A stretch of DNA of 64,000 bases. It comes from Phormidesmis sp. Lineage in GTDB: Bacteria > Cyanobacteriota > Cyanobacteriia > Leptolyngbyales > Leptolyngbyaceae. Made by a program: the position numbers and the translations under genes. The stretch lies in assembly GCA_965248535.1 (NCBI GenBank), contig CBDFJR010000005.1, positions 544,001 to 608,000 on the forward strand, in the 5' to 3' direction. The notes under the pieces are model-generated. The model saw only the letters and a program-made list of their open reading frames with translations. It ran no database searches and was not told the origin of the DNA. Numbering within the stretch: position 1 is the first letter of the stretch; each line of letters opens with the position of its first letter. Positions 9,478 through 20,783 of the stretch are shown one piece after another.

Positions 9478-12108
9478 ATGCAAGAAGATGACCCGATCAA
9501 GTTACGGCAACGCAACCTCGAACTGGAAGCCTTAGTTCAATCCCTGAGGGCCCAGTTGTTGCACGATCGGAGGAGCGATCGCTTCCCGTTGAGCGATGCT
9601 GACAGAGAGGGAACGCCAAGTCAGGCAGTAGCGCCAACCCCTCGCGATCGCACCCCGCTAGAAGCCCCGTCGCAGCAGACCGACCCCAGGGCTGAACTCG
9701 CCATCACACAGCGCACTCAGGCAGAAGATGAGCTGAGAGAAAGCGAAGAGAGATTTCGGCAACTGGCGGAAAATATTCAGCAAATCTTTTGGATGTATGA
9801 CCTAGAGGCGCAGAAGCTGATCTACATCAGTCCGGTTTGTCAGCAAGTTTTGGGCTACGACCCCGATCGCTCTGATCACCAATCCCTAGAGTTTTGGTGG
9901 CGGCACATTCACCCTCAAGACCTACCCGCCGTGATCAAAGCCAGCCGTGCCGCAGGGCGTGGCAACCCGGCTGAGGTGACCTATCGCTTTAAAAAAGCCG
10001 ATCGCTCAGAGCGCTGGCTGCTAGCGCGGGCGTTCCCCATTCGCAATCAGCAGGGCAACGTCTATCGCATTGCCGGAATCGCCGAAGACATCACCACCCG
10101 CAAAGAGCAAGAGCAGAGACTTCGCCTTTTAGAATCGGTGATTGTCAATGCCAACGATGCCGTTGTGATCACCGAGGCAGAACCCGTCGAGCTACCTGGG
10201 CCGCGCATTATCTATGTCAATCAAGCCTTTACTCGCATGATGGGCTACGAGCGAGACGAAGTAGTGGGCAAAACTCCCCGCATCTTGCAAGGGCCTAAAA
10301 CGGATCTGAAGATTCTCAAAGATATTCGCACCGCGCTTAAAAACTGGGAGCCAAACCTGGTCGAGATTGTCAACTATCACAAAGACGGCTCAGAAGTCTG
10401 GGTTGAGTTGAGCATGTTTCCGGTGACTGACCAAACGGGGCACTACACCTATTGGGTGGGGTTGCAGCGAGATATCACCCAGCGCAAGCAAACTGAGGAG
10501 GCGTTGCAGCGCCAAAACTGGCGATCGCAGCTATTTGCCGACATCACCTTAAAGATTCGGCAATCATTGCATCTCGAAGAAATTTTGCAAACCACCGTCA
10601 CCGAAGTCAGAACGCTGCTCAAGACCGATCGAGTCCTGATTTATCGGCTTTTACCAGGTCAGACAGGCACGGTGTGCAACGAGGCGGTCGGCAACGACTG
10701 GAGTTCACTGCTGCACAAAACCTACTCAAATCCTGTCTTCTTGGCGGACAACCCCAGGGAGACTATTGAGGAAGATGAGCAATCTCAGGATCAGTTTTGG
10801 CGAGACATCGGCGTGAAGGCTAGGTTAGCCGTGCCGATCGTGCAGCAAGCCTCTGTCTGGGGATGGCTGATTGCCCATCAATGCGACCAACCGCGCCAAT
10901 GGTCAAACTTTGAAACCGAGCTTTTGCAGCAACTCGCCAACCAAGTCGAAATCGCCCTCACCCAAAGTCAACTTTTGCAAGCGCTGCGCGAAAGCAAAGA
11001 ACGCTTCCGCACTCTGGCTAACAGCGCTCCGGTGCTGCTCTGGATGATTGACACGACAGGCAGCTATATTTTCTGCAATCAAAGCTTGCTCGACTTTACG
11101 GGGCGCACCCTCGACCAAGAGCTTGGGTCGGGCTGGCTTGACACGGTGCATCCCACCGATCGCGCTGCCTGCACCAACATCTATCGACAAGCCCTCAACA
11201 GCCGCAGCAGCTTTGAGATTGAATATCGCCTGCGGCGTGCCGATGGTCATTATCGCTGGGTGCTCGATCGGGGCGTGCCGCGTCTGATGCCCGACGGCAG
11301 CTTTAATGGCCACATTGGCTCGTGTATGGACATCACCGATCGCAAACAAGCCGAGGTCGAGATTCGCAAAGCTCTCGACAAAGAGCGCGAACTCAGTGAA
11401 CTAAAATCGCGGTTTGTCTCAACCGCCTCTCACGAATTCCGCACCCCGTTGAGCACGATTCTCTCCTCGGCCGACTTGCTCGAATTTTACGCAGGCGGCT
11501 GGACGGCCGAAAAACAGATCGAACACATTCAGCGCATTCAAAACGCAGCGCTGAATATGAACAATCTGCTCAGTGACATTCTGGTGATCGAGCGGGCCGA
11601 AGCCCAAAAACTGAAGTTTGAGCCAGCCCCAATCGACTTGCCAGCGTTTTGTCACAGCCTGATCGATGAAATGCGGCGCAACGACCAAGATCTGCATCCG
11701 CTTGTCTTGCAGATCAATGGGTTTGAAGACCCACACCCGCTAACCGCCCAGATGGATGAAAAGCTTTTGCGGCAGATTTTTAGCAATCTGCTCTCAAACG
11801 CGCTCAAATATTCCCCGGTGGGTTCTTCGGTCTATTGTGGGCTGATGCGCGAAAATCACCTCGTCACGCTTGAAGTTCAAGACGAAGGCATTGGCATTCC
11901 CAGGGAAGATCAGTCGAGGCTTTTTGAGCCATTTCACCGAGGCACTAACGTCGGCACTGTCTCAGGCAACGGGCTGGGGTTAGCGATCGTTAAACAATCG
12001 CTCAACATTCACGGCGGTCAGATCTCAGTCACCAGCGATGAAGGCAAAGGCACGACTGTTCGGGTCACTCTGCCGCTCTACTCGTCGGTCGGCGAGTCAG
12101 ACGATTAG
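9478..12108 (+). CDS. PAS-PAS-GAF-PAS sensor histidine kinase
   Basis: PAS/PAC repeats ending DIT.RK; GAF (TDRVLIY..LIAHQC..PRQW); SHEFRTPL; NALKY; GNGLGL. Confidence 0.93.
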   Translation: MQEDDPIKLRQRNLELEALVQSLRAQLLHDRRSDRFPLSDADREGTPSQAVAPTPRDRTPLEAPSQQTDPRAELAITQRTQAEDELRESEERFRQLAENIQQIFWMYDLEAQKLIYISPVCQQVLGYDPDRSDHQSLEFWWRHIHPQDLPAVIKASRAAGRGNPAEVTYRFKKADRSERWLLARAFPIRNQQGNVYRIAGIAEDITTRKEQEQRLRLLESVIVNANDAVVITEAEPVELPGPRIIYVNQAFTRMMGYERDEVVGKTPRILQGPKTDLKILKDIRTALKNWEPNLVEIVNYHKDGSEVWVELSMFPVTDQTGHYTYWVGLQRDITQRKQTEEALQRQNWRSQLFADITLKIRQSLHLEEILQTTVTEVRTLLKTDRVLIYRLLPGQTGTVCNEAVGNDWSSLLHKTYSNPVFLADNPRETIEEDEQSQDQFWRDIGVKARLAVPIVQQASVWGWLIAHQCDQPRQWSNFETELLQQLANQVEIALTQSQLLQALRESKERFRTLANSAPVLLWMIDTTGSYIFCNQSLLDFTGRTLDQELGSGWLDTVHPTDRAACTNIYRQALNSRSSFEIEYRLRRADGHYRWVLDRGVPRLMPDGSFNGHIGSCMDITDRKQAEVEIRKALDKERELSELKSRFVSTASHEFRTPLSTILSSADLLEFYAGGWTAEKQIEHIQRIQNAALNMNNLLSDILVIERAEAQKLKFEPAPIDLPAFCHSLIDEMRRNDQDLHPLVLQINGFEDPHPLTAQMDEKLLRQIFSNLLSNALKYSPVGSSVYCGLMRENHLVTLEVQDEGIGIPREDQSRLFEPFHRGTNVGTVSGNGLGLAIVKQSLNIHGGQISVTSDEGKGTTVRVTLPLYSSVGESDD

Positions 12109-12292
12109 GCGTTCTTCGGCGCGGCACAACAGCGATCGCCGCCTTTGACTTTGCGGCAGACTCTGAAGACCGATCAACCATTTTTGCAGCCAGATCCGGC
12201 ATTTCCTGCCAGCAGTGCGAACAAAACCAATAGATTTCTCCATGCCGAATATGACGGAGCAGTTTCTCAGCACAACAAGGGCATTTAGGCAT
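12065..12292 (-). CDS. Small zinc-ribbon protein
   Basis: MPKCPCC...LLRH...YWFCSHCWQEMP with paired CxxC motifs; 3' end overlaps the kinase stop. Confidence 0.75.
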   Translation of the reverse strand: MPKCPCCAEKLLRHIRHGEIYWFCSHCWQEMPDLAAKMVDRSSESAAKSKAAIAVVPRRRTPNRLTRRPTSRAAE

Positions 12293-12581
12293 GACCAGCA
12301 ACTCACTCTTCATTAAAAAACGCAAAAAATTACAATAAAACCAGCCCCCCACTAACAGTAGATCCGCAGGGGATCAGGATCATCAGCAGGTTTACCCATC
12401 TTCCAGCGTGTTTTCCCTATTTTTTGGATTAAGTTTGGTTACGGTCTTGCTAGAAGCCAAACGCCAAACAGATTATGGTTGGATTAAGAAATAGAGAACA
12501 TTCAAAACGCCTTCGAGCAACCCTCAAAAAATGATCGGTTGCTCTCTATATTTGTTTGCCCAACTTAACTTGAAATCATTG

Positions 12582-13061
12582 ATGGAGTCCTATTCAATTT
12601 CCCCTAATAACTGGGTTGAAATTATCTTGCGATTGAGTTTGGCGATGGCGACGGGGGGCGCGATCGGGTGGAACCGTCAACGCCGACATAAATCGGCCGG
12701 GCTGAGAACTCATATGCTAGTCAGCCTCGGAGCCGCGCTGTTTGTTTTGATTCCCCTCCAGAGCAGTGCTCACCCAGGCGATGCAGTCAGTCGAGCGATT
12801 CAAGGGGTCGCCACCGGAGTCGGCTTTTTAGGAGCCGGAGAAATCTTGCACGGGTCGCGTCCCAATTCTGCCCGGCCTCACGTCACCGGGCTGACTTCTG
12901 CCGCCTCTATTTGGGTCACTGCCGCGTTGGGCATTATTTCTGGCTGCGGCTGGTGGCAACTCGCCCTCTCAGGAACCCTAATGACATTGGTGACGCTCGG
13001 ATTGGTGAAAATGGTAGAGAAGCATTCTCTCATTTACAAAAGTGAGGATGATGAAGATTGA
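12582..13061 (+). CDS. MgtC/SapB family membrane protein
   Basis: AGLRTHMLV, GVGFLGAG, GLTSAASIW; alternative start 12531. Confidence 0.92.
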   Translation: MESYSISPNNWVEIILRLSLAMATGGAIGWNRQRRHKSAGLRTHMLVSLGAALFVLIPLQSSAHPGDAVSRAIQGVATGVGFLGAGEILHGSRPNSARPHVTGLTSAASIWVTAALGIISGCGWWQLALSGTLMTLVTLGLVKMVEKHSLIYKSEDDED

Positions 13062-13196
13062 ACCCCCATAATGACCCCTCGCTAATCTCGAATCATGGCG
13101 TATGATTGACGTGAAAAATTCTCCCCGCCTGAGTCTGACGATTAGGAGCAGATTTGGAGAAGAGAGGACATTCCCCTGGGTAATAGAAGGCTGAAG

Positions 13197-14867
13197 ATGG
13201 GTCAAGAAATTTCTGCGAGTCGCCGATTTGGGATGGAAAACCCTCACTTTGAAGCCTGGGTTGATCGCGGCTGGCTTTTAGGGCTATGGGTGGCTGCGAT
13301 CGTGCTACTGAGTGTCAATCTGGGAGACCTGCCCCTCAGAGATTGGGACGAAGGCATCGTTGCTCAAATCGCTCGTGAAATGTGGCGATCGCCCTTTGCC
13401 TCTGCAACCTGGCTCTACCCCAAAGAGTTGACCGGAGCGCCCTATTTTAACAAACCGCCCCTGATGCACTGGCTGGTGGCGTTGACCTACTCGATCGGGG
13501 GCGTGAGCGAACTGACGACTCGCTTGCCCGGCGCGATGCTGACGGCGGTTTCAGTGCCCTTGATGTATTGGCTCGGCAGAGAAGTTTTCTTTCAGCGCAC
13601 GGCGGCGATTTTTGCGGCGTTGGTCTACCTGACGTGGCTGCCCGTTGCCCGACAGGGGCGGCTGGCCATGCTAGACGGAGCCGTGCTGTGTTTTTTGCTG
13701 CTGATGATGGCTTGTTTGCTGCGATCGCGGCGAGATTTGCGCTGGGGGCTAGGGGTGGGGGTCGGAGTTGGGCTAATCTGTCTCACCAAAGGCATTTTGG
13801 GCGTGTTGCTGGCGGCGATCGCCGCCCTATTTCTGATCTGGGATACCCCTCGTCTGTTGACTAGTCGCTATCTCTGGCTCGGCATCGCGATCGGAGCCGT
13901 TCCCGTCGGGCTATGGTATGGCGCTCAGTGGTCGCACTATCACCAACAATTCGTGAATGCCCATTTGCTCAATCAATCTCTGGTGCGGGTTTGGGGAACG
14001 GTCGGCAACAACGACGGACCCGTTTGGTATTATCTGTGGGAAATTGTGAAATATGGCTTTCCGTGGCTCCTGTTTCTGCCCCACGGGTTGCGCCTCGCCT
14101 GGGATAATCAGGGCTTAAGCTGGGCGCGGCTGGCGATCGTCTGGAGTGGGGTTTATTTGCTCGTCATTTCAGCTATGCAGACAAAGCTGCCCTGGTATGC
14201 CCTGCCCATTTATCCAGCGTTGTCGCTGATGGTAGGTGCCCAACTTAGCCGGATGTGGAACCCTTGGAGGATGGGAATTCGGCAGGCGCGCCCGATCGCT
14301 CAGGCTCATCTCTGGGGGGCGGTGTTTGCGATGTTTGCGGTTGTGGCTTGGGGCTTAAGTGCCTACTTCACTGTTTTGGCCCCGCAGTCAGATCTTCAGC
14401 TTGTTGCCTCAACTCTAGCCTTTACACTCACCGTCACCGCGATTTTAATTTTTCGGCAAGACCTTCAGTTTATCTCGGTGCTGATTTGGGGCACTTACCT
14501 GACTTTGGTGGTGCTGATGCTGTCTAATCAATGGGTCTGGGAGTTGTCAGAAGCCTACCCGGTTAAACCTGTGGCAGAAATGATTCAGCGCCACACGCCT
14601 AGGGGTCAGGTGGTTTACACGTCTTATCCCTACTACCGCCCCTCGCTGAATTTCTATAGCGATCGCTCCGTCGTTCCGGCGGCTGACGAAGAGTTGCAGC
14701 AGCGATGGAAGACTGACCTCCACCCTTACCAGCTATTGAAAGTCTCAGCCCAAGGCTATCTGCCGCCTAAACAGACTCAAGTGCTAGCGATGAAAGATGG
14801 ATGGATTTTGGTGACTCGCAGCCCGCGATCGCGATCTAAACCCTTGGTGAGCGCCAGTCGCCGTTGA
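13197..14867 (+). CDS. GT39/ArnT-like (GT-C) membrane glycosyltransferase
   Basis: LRDWDEG, YFNKPPL, RLP, LTKG, KLPWY; many TM helices. Confidence 0.88.
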   Translation: MGQEISASRRFGMENPHFEAWVDRGWLLGLWVAAIVLLSVNLGDLPLRDWDEGIVAQIAREMWRSPFASATWLYPKELTGAPYFNKPPLMHWLVALTYSIGGVSELTTRLPGAMLTAVSVPLMYWLGREVFFQRTAAIFAALVYLTWLPVARQGRLAMLDGAVLCFLLLMMACLLRSRRDLRWGLGVGVGVGLICLTKGILGVLLAAIAALFLIWDTPRLLTSRYLWLGIAIGAVPVGLWYGAQWSHYHQQFVNAHLLNQSLVRVWGTVGNNDGPVWYYLWEIVKYGFPWLLFLPHGLRLAWDNQGLSWARLAIVWSGVYLLVISAMQTKLPWYALPIYPALSLMVGAQLSRMWNPWRMGIRQARPIAQAHLWGAVFAMFAVVAWGLSAYFTVLAPQSDLQLVASTLAFTLTVTAILIFRQDLQFISVLIWGTYLTLVVLMLSNQWVWELSEAYPVKPVAEMIQRHTPRGQVVYTSYPYYRPSLNFYSDRSVVPAADEELQQRWKTDLHPYQLLKVSAQGYLPPKQTQVLAMKDGWILVTRSPRSRSKPLVSASRR

Positions 14868-14882
14868 GAACCTAGAGACTTT

Positions 14883-15362
14883 TCATCCTTTAAGGGAGGC
14901 CCGATCGCTGCCATCGGGAGGTTTGCGAAAAGCGGCAATCAGCAGACAAAAAATGCCGACGTTGATAAAGGCATCGGCGAGATTAAACACCGGAAAGTTG
15001 ATCAGCCGAAAGTCTAAAAAATCGACCACATGACCGAGCACAAAGCGATCGATGCCGTTTCCCAAGGCCCCGCTCAAAATAAAGCCATAGCCCAACTGCT
15101 CCCACCGCTCAAACCGCGGCCCAAACCAGGCTAGGGCCATCAATCCGAGGCTCACGGCTAGCGACAGCCAGCGCAGCCAGACACTGCCCTGAAAGAGGCT
15201 AAAGGCGGCTCCTTTATTTACCACATAGGTAATATGAAAGACACCGGGCAGCAACGCAATGGATTGAGAGAGCACCATTGTCTTGACTACCCAAAGTTTG
15301 GTCAGGCGATCGAGCATCAGACCTACGATCGCAGCCAGCCAGAAAAAACGGTTTTTGAACAT
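14883..15362 (-). CDS. lspA: Lipoprotein signal peptidase II
   Basis: N.GAAFS, GALGNGIDR, VVDF, VFNLAD. Confidence 0.96.
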   Translation of the reverse strand: MFKNRFFWLAAIVGLMLDRLTKLWVVKTMVLSQSIALLPGVFHITYVVNKGAAFSLFQGSVWLRWLSLAVSLGLMALAWFGPRFERWEQLGYGFILSGALGNGIDRFVLGHVVDFLDFRLINFPVFNLADAFINVGIFCLLIAAFRKPPDGSDRASLKG

Positions 15363-15381
15363 TCAGCAGAGGGATCGAGGA

Positions 15382-15966
15382 TTAATAAAACATTAAACGA
15401 CGCATCGCAAACGCCAGCACTGTGACCGCACACACGACCGCAAACTGTCCGGGTAGAGGCGTGAGAGAATAGGTTCTTAAAGCATCCCACAGAGATAGAG
15501 CCTCTGCGTTAGACCACTTCAACCCATAGGACAAAAATAAGTAAACAATTCCCGTTAGATGAATGACCAGCAAACCGCAAAAACAGCTAAAGGCCAGAGA
15601 TTCAGGACGGGAAGGCGTTTTGAAGGCGAGATAGCCACACAGCCAGGCACCCGGAATGAAGCCCAACAAATAGCCAAAACTAGGCCTACTAAAATAGTGA
15701 ATGCCGCCGCCGTCATTAAAGATTTCAAACCCGGCTAACCCCAATAGCAAATAGGCGATTTGGGAAATCACCGCCGCGTTTTTTCCGCCCAGACAGCCGA
15801 CTAGCAGCACGGCTCCGATCTGATAACTCACGCCCAAAAAGTGTAGCGGAATGGTCTGGGGTGTCCAACTCCACGGCACATCGGTGATCGAGGCTTTGAG
15901 CAGGGTGCCCCCGATCGTCAGCAATAGCCCAGTCAGCGCCCACAGCATATCTGTGATCGTGATCAT
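15382..15966 (-). CDS. bioY: Biotin transporter BioY
   Basis: YLLLGLAG, F..GGG, PSFGYLLGF; next to bioB. Confidence 0.9.
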   Translation of the reverse strand: MITITDMLWALTGLLLTIGGTLLKASITDVPWSWTPQTIPLHFLGVSYQIGAVLLVGCLGGKNAAVISQIAYLLLGLAGFEIFNDGGGIHYFSRPSFGYLLGFIPGAWLCGYLAFKTPSRPESLAFSCFCGLLVIHLTGIVYLFLSYGLKWSNAEALSLWDALRTYSLTPLPGQFAVVCAVTVLAFAMRRLMFY

Positions 15967-16123
15967 GTAAATCGGGCAGATCTGGGAAGTCGGGGCGAAG
16001 GAGTTGACCGAGGCATAGTGATTGAAATTGTATCACTGGGTCAGAGATCAGAATTTTTGCATTCTCTAGATGCTGACGGGCTGCTAATCTGAATAGCTAG
16101 GAGTTTTGAATCTTCTCTGACGG

Positions 16124-17074
16124 TTGAATGCTATGTTGACTTCCCCGATCGCTGCCATCGCCAAAATTTATCATCAGCCTTTGCCCGATCTGCTGTTTGA
16201 GGCGCAGCGAGTGCATCGATCGCATCACGACCCGCGTGCAGTTCAGATGTGCACCCTGAGCAGCATTAAAACGGGCGCTTGCCCCGAAGATTGCGGCTAC
16301 TGTTCTCAGAGCGTGCATCACCAAACAGATTTAAAACCTGAACCTCTGATGGATCTTGAAGGAGTCGTGGCGGAAGCCAAGGTCGCCAAAGCTGCCGGAT
16401 CGACGCGCTTTTGCATGGGGGCCGCTTGGCGAGAAGTGCGAGATGGGGCGCAGTTCGATCGGGTGCTCGATATGGTGCGTCAGGTTGCCGCGCTCGATCT
16501 CGAAGTCTGCTGCACCTTGGGAATGCTCAAACCCCACCAGGCTCAACAACTCAAAGCAGCGGGGCTGACGGCCTACAATCACAATCTCGACACGTCACCC
16601 AGCTATTATGAGAAAATTATTACGACTCGCACCTATCAAGACCGATTAGAAACTATTCGTGCTGTGAGCGAAGCCGGAATCTCGGTCTGCTGTGGCGGCA
16701 TTGTCGGACTGGGTGAATCAGTTCAAGATCGCTTAGATCTGCTCGAAGCGCTATCAAATTTGACTCCTGCCCCCGAATCAGTGCCGATTAATTGTCTAGT
16801 GCCCGTGGCCGGAACTCCGCTAGAAGGTGCGCCTGCGATCGACCCGATCGAGCTAGTTCGCATGGTTGCCACGACTCGAATTCTGTTTCCAAAGGCGATG
16901 GTGCGACTGTCAGCCGGGCGACTAGAGATGAGCGACGAACTGCAAGCGCTGTGCTTTTTAGCAGGCGCAAATTCGATCTTTACGGGAGCGGTGCTGTTGA
17001 CCACTCCCAACCCGGAGCGATCGCAGGATGAACAATTGCTCGATCGTCTAGGAATGGTGCCCAAATCCCTTTGA
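16124..17074 (+). CDS. bioB: Biotin synthase (radical SAM)
   Basis: [33 protein letters not shown]. Confidence 0.96.
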   Translation: MNAMLTSPIAAIAKIYHQPLPDLLFEAQRVHRSHHDPRAVQMCTLSSIKTGACPEDCGYCSQSVHHQTDLKPEPLMDLEGVVAEAKVAKAAGSTRFCMGAAWREVRDGAQFDRVLDMVRQVAALDLEVCCTLGMLKPHQAQQLKAAGLTAYNHNLDTSPSYYEKIITTRTYQDRLETIRAVSEAGISVCCGGIVGLGESVQDRLDLLEALSNLTPAPESVPINCLVPVAGTPLEGAPAIDPIELVRMVATTRILFPKAMVRLSAGRLEMSDELQALCFLAGANSIFTGAVLLTTPNPERSQDEQLLDRLGMVPKSL

Positions 17075-17120
17075 CTCCTCTGATAGCCTTTCTATTCGGT
17101 TCTGATTTAAGCCCCGATCG

Positions 17121-17486
17121 CTACAGAGAAGTTGACTGATTCTGCGACAGATCATCTAAATTGGTCAGAGCCGTTTTTACACAGACACGAACAGCTTTCC
17201 AATCTCGCTCTGACACCTGTCCGATTCGCACAATATTGGCAGAAGGTGGAAGCGTGACCATAAAACACCGGAAAACCGATGCAACGCGCAACCCAGATGA
17301 TGCCCAATCTTGAAGTGCGTGATCTGTAACTCCCAGCCCCTTCCTCTGAGAAGTAATCAGACCGACAATGATATCTGGACGCATGGCATGATAGGTTGCA
17401 GAAGACAACACAACAGCAGGACGACGTTTCATTCCCGTCGCACCTGGAAAATCAACCGTGACTAGATCGCCCGCCTTAACTAACAC
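17121..17486 (-). CDS. PemK/MazF family toxin
   Basis: GDLV.V.FP...KRRPAVVLS, ITS; start overlaps the upstream gene's stop. Confidence 0.85.
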   Translation of the reverse strand: MLVKAGDLVTVDFPGATGMKRRPAVVLSSATYHAMRPDIIVGLITSQRKGLGVTDHALQDWASSGLRVASVFRCFMVTLPPSANIVRIGQVSERDWKAVRVCVKTALTNLDDLSQNQSTSL

Positions 17487-17704
17487 TAACCAGTCTCCTC
17501 ATCTGGGAATAGAGACATTGCATACTGCAACGAAAAATCAACGACATCTGTTTGATCCTGTTCTGTCCAGGAGTCACTTTGGTCGATCGTCGATGAACTT
17601 TGTTGGACTAGCTCATTCAGAATCAACGTTGCCAACCGCAATCGTTCAGTAGGCGATAACGCTTGAACGATCTCGTTGTAAACGTCTTGAGCAGTAGGCG
17701 GCAT
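17486..17704 (-). CDS. Putative antitoxin of the PemK-like toxin
   Basis: 72-aa acidic protein (LSPTERLRLA..IL, WTEQD) translationally coupled to the toxin. Confidence 0.7.
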   Translation of the reverse strand: MPPTAQDVYNEIVQALSPTERLRLATLILNELVQQSSSTIDQSDSWTEQDQTDVVDFSLQYAMSLFPDEETG

Positions 17705-17830
17705 ATGAGGTTCTCCTAGTCGTCGTCCCACAAGCCTAGCAGGTCTCTAACTGACCTTTATTTAACGATATATCTCAAATATTGGCACAAGAATCTCGGC
17801 ATTAAGTGCCCAAATCGCTTTAATAACCTC

Positions 17831-19483
17831 TCAAGTGAGGATGACGGGCTGACGAATGGGGATTTCGATCACAAACTTGGTTCCCTGACCGGGGATAGAC
17901 TCACACCACATCTTGCCATTGTGCTTTTCTGTCACAATCTGGTGACTGATCGACAGGCCTAAGCCCGTGCCCTTGCCGATGGGTTTAGTCGTGAAAAACG
18001 GATCAAAAATGCGCGATCGCACCACTTCAGACATCCCCAAACCGTTGTCTGTGATCAGAATATGCACGAGATTATCCGCGATGACTTGGGTCGTAACCCA
18101 GATCTGACACAGCCGATCGTCTTTTTTCAGTTCTCGAACAGCTTCTTCTAGTGTGTCGATCGCATTTGCCAGCAGATTCATAAATACCTGGTTGAGTTGA
18201 CTGGGATAACACTCCACCAAAGGCAACAACCCATAATCTTTGATCACCTCGATCGCCGGAGACTCTGGATTTGCCTTGAGACGATGCTGCAAAATCAGTA
18301 GTGTGTTGTCTATGCCTTCCTGCAAGTCAACCGCTTTGAATTCAGATTCATCTAAACGAGAGAAATTACGAAGAGACAACACAATCTGCCGAATCCGATC
18401 AGTGCCGACCTTCATCGACTGAAGCAGTTTTACCAAGTCCTCATACAAAAAGTCGAGTTCTACCTCATCCAAACTTGCTTGAAGAGTTTTAGGTGGATTG
18501 GGATAATGAGTTTGATAAGCTTGCACCACTTTCAGCAAATCTTGAGCATAGCCATCAATGTGGATAAGATTGCCGTGGATGAAGTTGACCGGGTTGTTGA
18601 TCTCGTGGGCAACCCCAGCCACCAGTTGACCCAGACTTGACATTTTTTCGGTTTGCACCAGTTGCGATTGAGTGCTGTGAAGCTGATCTAGGGCGTGCTG
18701 AAGTTCTTCCGATCGCTGCTCTTTTTCAAGCAGTAGTGCTTTTACTCGTTGAATCAAATGATTCAATGTGATCGCTAAGATGCCTATTTCATCGTCAGTC
18801 GTGACCGGAGCTTGCAGATCAAAGTTAGAGGTTTCGGTGACGCGTTGCGCGACTTTTGTGACGGACTGTAGAGGTCTTGCAATACTGTTCGCAATTCGCC
18901 AGCCGATGACCAGTGCCAAAGCAATGCAGCCTAGGCTAGTGATGCCAATCACGATCAGAGTGGGTCTAGCTTGAGCGATCGTTTGCTCATATAACGATGA
19001 ATATTCTAAGATGATCGCGCCGACGATCGTGTTTTGATTAGTTCTCAGAGGAATGACGATCAGCTTAACCCCTTGGGGATAATCGACGTTTTTTTCTAGA
19101 AACGTTCTAGAATTGCCATCTTGCATCGTCTGCCGAACTTCATTGCCCTTGTCATGTTCAAACGTTGTGCCAACCCCCTCAGAAACGGTATCTGCCAAGA
19201 TTTTCTTTTCTAGATCGACCACCTCGATATCGCGCTTTTGTTGATCATGCAGAAGCTGGACATTATTTCGCAACTGGTCAGAACTTTTGAAGAGGCCCGA
19301 TTCTTGACTATATCGCAAGTCATTTAGGAGCACTGTGCTGATGACTTTGGCTACATCTTCAGCTTCTAAAATCGCTAGAGTCTCAGCAATTTTTTGGCTT
19401 TGGGCGATCGCCACAGCCCCCACAACCCCCGTTAGCAGAGAAACGCCGATAAAGCTTCCAATCAGTTTATGAGAAATCTTCAT
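17831..19483 (-). CDS. Membrane sensor histidine kinase (TM-Cache-like-TM-HAMP-HisKA-HATPase)
   Basis: [41 protein letters not shown]. Confidence 0.92.
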   Translation of the reverse strand: MKISHKLIGSFIGVSLLTGVVGAVAIAQSQKIAETLAILEAEDVAKVISTVLLNDLRYSQESGLFKSSDQLRNNVQLLHDQQKRDIEVVDLEKKILADTVSEGVGTTFEHDKGNEVRQTMQDGNSRTFLEKNVDYPQGVKLIVIPLRTNQNTIVGAIILEYSSLYEQTIAQARPTLIVIGITSLGCIALALVIGWRIANSIARPLQSVTKVAQRVTETSNFDLQAPVTTDDEIGILAITLNHLIQRVKALLLEKEQRSEELQHALDQLHSTQSQLVQTEKMSSLGQLVAGVAHEINNPVNFIHGNLIHIDGYAQDLLKVVQAYQTHYPNPPKTLQASLDEVELDFLYEDLVKLLQSMKVGTDRIRQIVLSLRNFSRLDESEFKAVDLQEGIDNTLLILQHRLKANPESPAIEVIKDYGLLPLVECYPSQLNQVFMNLLANAIDTLEEAVRELKKDDRLCQIWVTTQVIADNLVHILITDNGLGMSEVVRSRIFDPFFTTKPIGKGTGLGLSISHQIVTEKHNGKMWCESIPGQGTKFVIEIPIRQPVILT

Positions 19484-19696
19484 AGAGACAGCAATGCCAA
19501 GCGTTCTGAAAAACTGGCTCCTGTAAAGGCTTAGACAGAGCCGCCTTGGGACACACTTAGAGTTCCCAATTATTTCAAATAAACGGGTGTCACTCTTTCT
19601 AAAAAAGCTGGGGTCTAATCATCAGTTCTCTAATTGAAAGGAGGTCAGATGACAAGTTTTGACCGCAACAACATCGTGAATAAAACGGGTTGTCGG

Positions 19697-20746
19697 CTAA
19701 TCGTTGATGCCCAGATGCTTTTTGATTTGCTTGATCGAGAGATACATCTCATATAAGCGGTGATACATTGCCGAGGCTTTGAGATAAACTTTGTGTTCGA
19801 CAGCCGGATAGCCTGAAACCGTCTGCCCAGCAGGGACATCTTTGTGAACGCCCGCCTTAGCCGAGGCAACCGATCCGTCGCCCATTTTGGCATTATTGGC
19901 AACGCCAACCTGCCCAGCGAGAATAACGCGATTTCCGATCTGAGTGCCGCCCGCAATGCCGCAACCCGATGCAAACGCGCAGGCTTCACCGACTTTTACG
20001 CCGTGACCGATCTGGACTAGGTTATCGATTTTGGTGTTGCGACCGATGCGAGTCTCCCCCACAGCAGGGCGGTCGATCGCAGAGTTGCAGCCCACCTCAA
20101 CGCCATCTTCGAGCACCGTGTAGCCAGACTGCTCCATTTTGAGCCAGCCCTCACGAGTCGGCACAAACCCAAACCCTTCAGAGCCGATCACCGCCCCACA
20201 GTGAATCACGCAGTCAGCCCCAATATGAGTGCGTTCTTGAATCGAGCAATTCGCATGAAGGACGGTACGATCGCCAATCTGCACGTCAGGATAAATCACC
20301 ACATTGGGATGAATCACAGCACCCGCCCCAATTTTTGCCCCCGATTGAATGACAACATTCGCCCCGATCGAGACCCCTGCGCCAAGCTCAACGCTGGGAT
20401 CAATCACCGCCGAGGGATGAACCACAGGCGCAGGCTTGAAGGGGTGATAGTAGAGCGCGATCGTTTGAGCAAAAGCAAGGCGCGGCTGCCGCACCGACAC
20501 CCAAGCAACCCCACGAGCCTCTGCCTTTGCCTGCAAGTCTTCATTAGCCGGAAGAATTAAGGCACTGGCGGCCGTCGAGCCTGCCAGCACTGCAAACTTG
20601 TTGCTTTCTGCGTAGCTGATGGTGCTGGGTGTGGCCTCGTCGATCGCCGCCACCCCTGTGATTTCGGGATCGTTGTCTGAGTGCATCGTCAGACTGTGAG
20701 CCACAACCGAAGAGCCAAGTTTCTCAATAATTTCGCTAAACTTCAT
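19697..20746 (-). CDS. lpxD: UDP-3-O-acylglucosamine N-acyltransferase
   Basis: Hexapeptide repeats, GSEGFGF, IDR, TKIDNLVQIGH. Confidence 0.95.
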   Translation of the reverse strand: MKFSEIIEKLGSSVVAHSLTMHSDNDPEITGVAAIDEATPSTISYAESNKFAVLAGSTAASALILPANEDLQAKAEARGVAWVSVRQPRLAFAQTIALYYHPFKPAPVVHPSAVIDPSVELGAGVSIGANVVIQSGAKIGAGAVIHPNVVIYPDVQIGDRTVLHANCSIQERTHIGADCVIHCGAVIGSEGFGFVPTREGWLKMEQSGYTVLEDGVEVGCNSAIDRPAVGETRIGRNTKIDNLVQIGHGVKVGEACAFASGCGIAGGTQIGNRVILAGQVGVANNAKMGDGSVASAKAGVHKDVPAGQTVSGYPAVEHKVYLKASAMYHRLYEMYLSIKQIKKHLGIND

Positions 20747-20783
20747 CGCAATGCAGTGGAACTAACGACTATTTCCCTACACC

